From a virus (lineage: Duplodnaviria; Caudoviricetes): a stretch of DNA of 64,000 nt. The stretch is from positions 1-64,000 of IMG/VR virus record IMGVR_UViG_3300028833_000112; one strand, given 5' to 3'. Position numbers and translations under genes: made by a program. Shown piece after piece: positions 57,954 to 64,000 of the stretch. The notes beneath the pieces were generated by a model. The model was given only the letters and a program-made list of their open reading frames with translations, ran no database searches and was not told where the DNA came from. Positions within the stretch are counted from its first letter, which is position 1, and every line of letters starts with the position of its first letter.

Positions 57954-58707
57954 GAAAACCTACGGCGCGCTCACTAACTCCGATATCGTCAAGATTCTCT
58001 CGGCGGAACGCGAGCTCAAGACTTGCGAGAAGTGCAAGGGCAAATGCCTGAAGACCAGCGACCGCTACTCGCAACCGAAGATTCGCACAGGTGACAATAT
58101 CCACGTGGACTTCGCGCCGTGCAAGCACAGCATACCACAGAACGTTCCTTACGCCGGCAAAACACTTAATGATTATTGGTTCGCGAAGGAGAATGCGGCG
58201 GCGACTCAGACCGTCCACTGGTACTTAACCGAGAAACCCCCTGACATGGGCATTTACCTCTACGGCGGCTTCGGGTCGGGCAAAACTCTTCTCGCGTCCA
58301 TCGTCGCGCAAGAATTCATTCGAGCCGGCAAGCAAGTAATTTTCGGCGACGTGCCGAGTTTACTCAGCCGAATCAAGGCGACGTTCGATAAGGGCGGAGG
58401 CACGCAAGAGGTCGTTGACAGCTACAACAACTGCGACCTGCTCATACTCGACGATTTAGGCGCGGGGCAATCTACCGAGTGGTCGGTCAGCGTGCTCTAT
58501 CAGATTATCAACGCGCGCTATGCATCGGGCAGGCGATTGATTGTCACAAGTAATTTCGATTTGAACGGGCTGGAGCAGAGGCTGGTCGTTAAAGATAAGG
58601 CGGGGAAAGTTGTCGACGCCTTGACGGCAGGGCGAATCGTCAGCCGTTTAAGTGAAAAATGTGTCCAAGCATTCTTGGGCGCGAAAGACAGGAGGAGAGA
58701 AAAATGA
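57826..58707 (+). CDS. DnaC/IstB-like ATPase (helicase loader)
   Basis: GGFGSGKT, LLILDDLG, IVTSN, RIVSRL. Confidence 0.9.
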   Translation: MSNQNAASKLNNRSSCPITPSTSRLLSETFSRQELSGTRARLEKTYGALTNSDIVKILSAERELKTCEKCKGKCLKTSDRYSQPKIRTGDNIHVDFAPCKHSIPQNVPYAGKTLNDYWFAKENAAATQTVHWYLTEKPPDMGIYLYGGFGSGKTLLASIVAQEFIRAGKQVIFGDVPSLLSRIKATFDKGGGTQEVVDSYNNCDLLILDDLGAGQSTEWSVSVLYQIINARYASGRRLIVTSNFDLNGLEQRLVVKDKAGKVVDALTAGRIVSRLSEKCVQAFLGAKDRRREK

Positions 58708-59240
58708 AATTGGTAACACAGGACGGGCGCAAGCTTGAACTGAGCCGCGAACTTGACTTGTTCGTCAGCGGATTCTTGAAAGGCAACGGTCATGGCGCAA
58801 CCGTCACGGTCACAATGTTCACCAAGCCAATTCTGCGTAAAGGGTGCATTTTCCCCGACAAAGAAGTTGTTGAACGCTACGGGACGGTCGCCGAATATTC
58901 GACGAACACCGGCAGAGAAAACGCCGCCAAAGCACTCGAAAAAGCGTGGGCGGACGGCGCAACCGAATTCATCATGCCGCAGGACACGGGCGAAAAATCT
59001 TTGGCGGAGCAGTTCGAAGATTTTTGCGACGCTCACAGCTTGAGACTGGTCAGCATGAATGAATTGGGCTACTCGACTTACGACACCGCACGTAACTGGC
59101 GTTTGTGGAAGACTACGGACGAATTTGAGCGGCGCGGGATTCTGGTCGCGGGTGAAGAGTTCGACAACTACGCGGGTTACTACATTGAATCACTCAGGAA
59201 GTGGCAGTCTCTGCAAGCGCGGGAGGCGAAGACGGCATGA
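58704..59240 (+). CDS. Hypothetical protein
   Basis: AGGAGG RBS; Y.....A..ALE...A...G..EFIMP motif also seen in 59552-59782. Confidence 0.55.
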   Translation: MKLVTQDGRKLELSRELDLFVSGFLKGNGHGATVTVTMFTKPILRKGCIFPDKEVVERYGTVAEYSTNTGRENAAKALEKAWADGATEFIMPQDTGEKSLAEQFEDFCDAHSLRLVSMNELGYSTYDTARNWRLWKTTDEFERRGILVAGEEFDNYAGYYIESLRKWQSLQAREAKTA

Positions 59241-59889
59241 CCCCGGCTGAATACATTGTCGCGAAAGACCGCTGGCGCGAACTTGCCGAGAGTGGTCGCC
59301 TTGACGAACAGCAACTGAATTTTCTGGGCGAAGTTCTCTTCAACAATCGCCCGCGGGAAATGAAGGTCGTTGACCTGAGTGAGTATCGTGAAAGGCGGCG
59401 GAGTGCATGAAATACGTGATGATTACTTGCGCGTGTTGCGGCAAACAAGAATTTCGCGCATACAACACAAAGTATTGCTTCGAGTGCAAGAGAACGCTCC
59501 AACGCGAGAAAATGCGCGAGTATTCAGCAAGACGCAGGGCGGAGAAGCGTAATGAAAATCATTAAGTCAGGCGAAGTCGTTGCTCAAATGCGTGACACAC
59601 CTAAAGACTTCGAGGGCGGCTGCAAAGGCGGAGTTGTCTGGTTGGTCGTCGGCGATTCGGAAGTCAAACTCGCGCGCTATGAATCACCCGAACGCGCGGG
59701 CGAGGTGCTCAATGCTCTGCATGACGCATACTTTGCGGGCAATGATGAATTCATCGTGCCTGAAGAGGAGACAAACAAATAAGCGGCAAACCCATAGGTC
59801 GCCGCAAGATTCCGAAAGTTAAAACTAAAAAAGAAACCGTAGGAATTATATAACGGCGACCTTGGGCTTGTCAAGTATGGTGAGGAACC

Positions 59890-61479
59890 ATGGCTAAGAA
59901 AAAATCTGCAAAGACTCTCGTGGTCAAGAGCGAGCACAGAAAAAATTTCGTCAAAGCTTTGAATCAGTTCAATGCTTACGGCTACTCGCGATTCAACGTC
60001 TTCAATGACTTCCTCCATCTGTCGGCTATCACGCTCGCTAACAGCAGCGACCCGTATAATTTGGCGAACGCAAAGGCAACGGTCGACGAACGCGAAGCTC
60101 AATACAAAAACATAATCGGCAAGTACAAGCCCGAACTCCAAAACTTGTTCGGAGAAATGCTCGGCGAAATTGTTCTTGAAATGGAAAGCTACTGCCCGAA
60201 TCATTTGACTGACGTGCTCGGAGAAATTTTCCACAGCTTGGAGTTTCACGACGAGTGGAAGGGGCAATTCTTTACCCCGCAATGTGTCAGCGATATGTGC
60301 GGCATGGTGTTGACCGATAACAATTCTTTGAACGCGGCAATCGCGGAGAAAGGTTTCATCACGGTCAACGAGCCGTGTTGCGGCAGCGGGTCAATGATGC
60401 GACGAATTCGAGGACGAGCAATGACGCTCGGCAGTCTCTTCGACGGGCTGGGCACATGGCAACTGGCAGCGGCGAACGTCGGGATTAAAACTTTGTGGTC
60501 GAGTGAACTTGATTCATTCTGCCGATTCATTACGGCGCGCCACTTCCCCGATACCGTTCAACTTGGCGACATCAATCACATAACCGACGCACCGCACGTG
60601 GACATCATCACGGCAAGCAGTCCGTGCCAAAATTTGTCCGTGGCGGGCAATAGGAGTGGTCTTCATGGCAACCAAAGCAAATTGTTCTTCAAAGCAGCTG
60701 AGCTTGTTCGACAAATCCGTCCTCGATTCTTTGTATGGGAGAACGTGCCCGGCGCATTCAGTTCAAACGGCGGGAATGATTTTCGTACCGTCCTCGAAGA
60801 AATCTTGCAGGAGCCCGTTCCTCTACCTCGACACTGGAGCAATGCAGGATTGGTTGACGGTCGAAACGCTCAAGTCGGCTGGAGACTTCTCAACGCTGAA
60901 CACTGGGGAGTCGCCCAACGACGTAAAAGAATCTTCCTTGTCGCAGATTTTGGAGGACGACGCGCCGGCGAAATACTCTTTGAGCCCGCGAGCGTGTCAG
61001 GGGATTCTGAGGCGGGCGAAAGCTCACAAGAAAATTTTGCCGCCCGAACTCGAAGCGATTTTAGTTGCACAGTCTACGACAACCACTGGAAAGACAGCCG
61101 AATCAAACGGTTAGGCGACGTTGCTCCGACGGTCAGCGCAATGTACGGCACCGGCGGCAACAACATTCCGCTTGTGACTTACGGCTTAGGGCGCGACGCA
61201 TTCAATCAAGGACACAATGCCAAATATATGCCAACAATTGAATATGATTTATGCCCCCCCCTCATGGCGCGTGGTGCCGCCGCCTGTGCCACGCAATCAC
61301 GCGTAAGGCGGCTGACTCCAAGGGAGTGCGAAAGACTTCAAGGTTTGCCCGATTCATTTACGGCAGGCGGGTCGGACGCAAAACGTTACAAAGCACTCGG
61401 CAACGGTTTGGCTCTTCCTTGCGCCGAATACGTTCTGAGGAGAATCACAGAGATAATCCGAAAGGAGGCTGAACAATGA
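59890..61479 (+). CDS. Truncated N6-MTase N-terminus fused in frame to a C5 cytosine methyltransferase (C5 part from 60421)
   Basis: GQFFTP, EPCCGSG; then SLFDGLG, SPCQ, WENVPG, QRRKRIF, RRLTPRECERLQG, ALGNG. Confidence 0.85.
   Translation: MAKKKSAKTLVVKSEHRKNFVKALNQFNAYGYSRFNVFNDFLHLSAITLANSSDPYNLANAKATVDEREAQYKNIIGKYKPELQNLFGEMLGEIVLEMESYCPNHLTDVLGEIFHSLEFHDEWKGQFFTPQCVSDMCGMVLTDNNSLNAAIAEKGFITVNEPCCGSGSMMRRIRGRAMTLGSLFDGLGTWQLAAANVGIKTLWSSELDSFCRFITARHFPDTVQLGDINHITDAPHVDIITASSPCQNLSVAGNRSGLHGNQSKLFFKAAELVRQIRPRFFVWENVPGAFSSNGGNDFRTVLEEILQEPVPLPRHWSNAGLVDGRNAQVGWRLLNAEHWGVAQRRKRIFLVADFGGRRAGEILFEPASVSGDSEAGESSQENFAARTRSDFSCTVYDNHWKDSRIKRLGDVAPTVSAMYGTGGNNIPLVTYGLGRDAFNQGHNAKYMPTIEYDLCPPLMARGAAACATQSRVRRLTPRECERLQGLPDSFTAGGSDAKRYKALGNGLALPCAEYVLRRITEIIRKEAEQ
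60665..61114 (+). CDS. Overlapping alternative-frame ORF, M.EcoHK31I beta-subunit-like
   Basis: AGGAG RBS; SSLSQILE...KYSLSPRACQGILRRA.....LP..L..IL. Confidence 0.6.
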   Translation: MATKANCSSKQLSLFDKSVLDSLYGRTCPAHSVQTAGMIFVPSSKKSCRSPFLYLDTGAMQDWLTVETLKSAGDFSTLNTGESPNDVKESSLSQILEDDAPAKYSLSPRACQGILRRAKAHKKILPPELEAILVAQSTTTTGKTAESNG

Positions 61480-63161
61480 GAATCAGAAAAATCCGCTGGT
61501 GGAACTATCGCGGGCTCGACGACGGAGAAATTGTCGCGGACGGAGCCGATGTGATAATCCGCGGGCAAAATGGCGTGGGCAAGACTTCAATCGCGTCAAT
61601 CGTGCCGTTCGTGCTGTTCGGGAAGGATAAGGACAAAGTGCGGCGATACGAGGACGGCTTGGAGGTTCGCGACGACGGTCTGCTCCACGGTGCCGAAGTT
61701 GAATTCGACAACGGCACAATCTTTAGGCGCGAGGTCGACGGCAAGGACGGGTTTTATTACGTCGACGGCGTGCTCATGACGATGACAACTTTTAATGCAA
61801 AGGTCGCCGAGTTCCTTAATCACGGCGGCGAGTATGTTCTGAATCCGTTTTTCTTCTGCGAGGGGAAATCGCCCAAAATTCAGCGCAACACTCTGGAAAA
61901 AATATTCGGCACTGTAAGCGACAAAGATATTTTGAGCACATCCGAATTTGAAGAGTTGGCGCAAGAAATCGGCGGGCAATCCTTCGACGCATTCATCACG
62001 AGCACGCAGAGCCAAATCAAAAATTTGCGGGGAAAATTAATGGATATCCCGGCGCGAATTGATGAGATTGACCGACAGCTGGCGGATAATCCCTACGACG
62101 CGAAAGTTGCCGAGTCATTGCAAGCCGAGCGCGACGAGTTAGACCGCGAACGCAAAGCACTGCAGACGGCGGAGAACGAAGTCGCTAAAGAATTGTCGGC
62201 GGCAAAGATTGAGCGTGAGCGGTTGGCTGCTCCGAGCGCGGCGGCGAGTCGTTTGGCGGATTTGATTGAGGGTAAAGAGTTTTACTCGCAAAAAGTGGAA
62301 AGGCAACACGCGCGAGTAAGACAGCTCCTCCAAAAGCACCGCGAAATCAGCAAGCGTGAAGTGAGTATTTGCCCGGCGTGCGGTCAGAAGTTGTCGGAAG
62401 AAAAATTTGCCGCACTTAAAGAATCCCAGCTGACTGAAGTTGTCGCTGAGGGTAGATGTGAACGCGCCGAGGAACAAAAACTTGAACAAATTTTGCGTGA
62501 CATTAACACACAAATCGAGACGGTGAAAGAAAAACTCGCGGCGGAGAAAAATCCTGCCGAACAACTTGCCGCGCTCGACGAACGGATAAAAACTCTGGAG
62601 CAGCAGGCGGCGGATGAAAAAGTTCAGCGCAAAGAACGGCTGGCGAAATTCGACGCGGACATCAAAGAGATTGACCGTTGCATTAATGATTTGAAGTCGG
62701 CGGCGAAAGCCCAGAAACGAATCGGAGAGTTGCGCGCTGAGGAGAAGGAATTGAATCAGCGAATCGTCGACCTTGAACACCTCGTGCACTTGGCGAAGGA
62801 CGCGCGCAATCGCAAAATCGAATTGACGGAGAGTCAAATCGCTGACCACTTTGAGTACGTGAAATTTAAAATGTTCAAGCTGGTCGTGTCGACAGGCGTG
62901 TTCGAGCCGACGTGCGAGGCAATGCTCCATGGCGTGCCGTACTCGCTGTTGTCGAAGGGCGAAAAGCTCAAGGTGGTCTTGGACATCTTTCGCGCGCTGC
63001 AGAAAAAATTCAAGGTGGAGATGCCGTTGCTCATCGACGACGCGGAGAGTTATACGCGCAACAGTTTCGTTGAACAGCCAAACCAACTTTGGTTGTTCAA
63101 GGTCAGCGACGAGGAGCAGTTGGTTATCGAAGTGAAAAAGGAAGCGAGGCGTGCGGCATGA
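61476..63161 (+). CDS. SMC/Rad50-like ATPase
   Basis: GQNGVGKT, coiled coil with CPACGQ hook, LSKGE, LLIDDAE. Confidence 0.9.
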   Translation: MRIRKIRWWNYRGLDDGEIVADGADVIIRGQNGVGKTSIASIVPFVLFGKDKDKVRRYEDGLEVRDDGLLHGAEVEFDNGTIFRREVDGKDGFYYVDGVLMTMTTFNAKVAEFLNHGGEYVLNPFFFCEGKSPKIQRNTLEKIFGTVSDKDILSTSEFEELAQEIGGQSFDAFITSTQSQIKNLRGKLMDIPARIDEIDRQLADNPYDAKVAESLQAERDELDRERKALQTAENEVAKELSAAKIERERLAAPSAAASRLADLIEGKEFYSQKVERQHARVRQLLQKHREISKREVSICPACGQKLSEEKFAALKESQLTEVVAEGRCERAEEQKLEQILRDINTQIETVKEKLAAEKNPAEQLAALDERIKTLEQQAADEKVQRKERLAKFDADIKEIDRCINDLKSAAKAQKRIGELRAEEKELNQRIVDLEHLVHLAKDARNRKIELTESQIADHFEYVKFKMFKLVVSTGVFEPTCEAMLHGVPYSLLSKGEKLKVVLDIFRALQKKFKVEMPLLIDDAESYTRNSFVEQPNQLWLFKVSDEEQLVIEVKKEARRAA

Positions 63162-63469
63162 GAGAGATTAAATTCCGCTGGATTGACAAACATGGGATTA
63201 ACTATCGGTCAGTCCTGTTGCCCGATAACGCGGAGCAAATGCTTTACGTCGACAAAAACGATACCGAAGTCTACGAGAACGCAATTGTTTTCGAGGGCAG
63301 TAGCGAATCCCAAATTTTTGCTGAAGCTACGGATTATGCCGCCGAGTATGAGGATTATATCAGCTTGGACGTCGTAGAGTTGATGCGCAAAGACGAGCAA
63401 GATAACCCCGAATCCTCCGAGCTCTACCCGCGCATTTATCACAAGTCGCTGACATTGGCGGAGGAGTGA
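63158..63469 (+). CDS. YopX-like protein
   Basis: MREIKFRW...DKNDTEVYE. Confidence 0.7.
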   Translation: MREIKFRWIDKHGINYRSVLLPDNAEQMLYVDKNDTEVYENAIVFEGSSESQIFAEATDYAAEYEDYISLDVVELMRKDEQDNPESSELYPRIYHKSLTLAEE

Positions 63470-63474
63470 GCAAC

Positions 63475-63774
63475 ATGAAGCGAATTAGATTCCGCGGAAA
63501 CTATTTGGGCAGCCGCTCGCGCGTCTATGGCGATTATGTGCACAAAGGCGACAAAGAATATATTTTCGACGGGGTTATGCCTCTCCAGTGCACAGATATT
63601 GTTCAGCTGATTGGAATTGACGCGGACGGGAAAGAAATTTACGAAGGTGATTATGTGGAGGTTGTGCACGACGGCAAGCAATACGTCTACCAAGCACACC
63701 TTGAGGGATTCGCGACGGGCAAAGACGGCATCTACCTGACCTCGAAGCAGCTCTCCACAGCACGGAGGATTTGA
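63475..63774 (+). CDS. YopX-like protein
   Basis: IRFRG...QLIGIDADGKEIYEGD. Confidence 0.75.
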   Translation: MKRIRFRGNYLGSRSRVYGDYVHKGDKEYIFDGVMPLQCTDIVQLIGIDADGKEIYEGDYVEVVHDGKQYVYQAHLEGFATGKDGIYLTSKQLSTARRI

Positions 63775-63775
63775 G

Positions 63776-64000
63776 ATGAGAGAGATTAAATTCCGCGGGC
63801 GGCGTGTCAAAGACAACGGCTTTGTGTACGGAGGACGTTGCATTGTCTTGCGCGGTCGCACGTTAATTCACGACGAGGAAACTGAACAAGATGTTGATGT
63901 TAATCCTGACAGTGTAGCGCAATTACTTGGTCACGACAGCCACGACAACGAGGTTTACGAAGGCGATAAACTCACCGACAGTCAAGGCAACAACTACATC
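63776..64000 (+). CDS. YopX-like protein (3'-truncated by window edge)
   Basis: MREIKFRGRR...AQLLGHDSHDNEVYEGD. Confidence 0.75.
   Translation, partial: MREIKFRGRRVKDNGFVYGGRCIVLRGRTLIHDEETEQDVDVNPDSVAQLLGHDSHDNEVYEGDKLTDSQGNNYI

Overview
The window is 64 kb of a temperate myovirus-type phage with a PBSX/Xkd-like contractile tail. The host is probably a Firmicute, possibly Negativicutes/Selenomonadaceae; this is inferred from protein style and not verified. Gene order: tail chaperone, tape measure and baseplate (1-9.6 kb); an unusually large fibre/adhesin block (9.8-26.9 kb); GH25 endolysin; YopX-like genes and nrdG; an apparently intact attP and tyrosine integrase; a TerB-N moron and repressor/Cro switch; and a long early region. 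The early region holds Rha, SSB, dnaN, thyX, several whole or partial DNA methyltransferases, two further divergent HTH switches, a 973-aa acidic protein, an antirepressor, a replication initiator with iterons, a DnaC-like loader, an SMC-like ATPase and YopX paralogues. Three signals stand out. (1) A 1070-aa fibre carries nine copies of a D-x-x-(I/V)-x-x-(M/T/I)-(I/L)-x-x-(Y/H/V)-F-P motif, and five downstream adhesins share an N-terminal H-L-x-S helix; this looks like a scaffoldin/dockerin-style branched receptor-binding system. (2) Four small DUF1659/DUF2922-like genes are enclosed by perfect 29-bp inverted repeats, and a related domain is fused to the baseplate wedge protein. (3) A ~390-nt hairpin-rich non-coding region ends in a D-arm-less tRNA-like fold. 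All family assignments were made by eye from motifs and synteny; no database searches were run.
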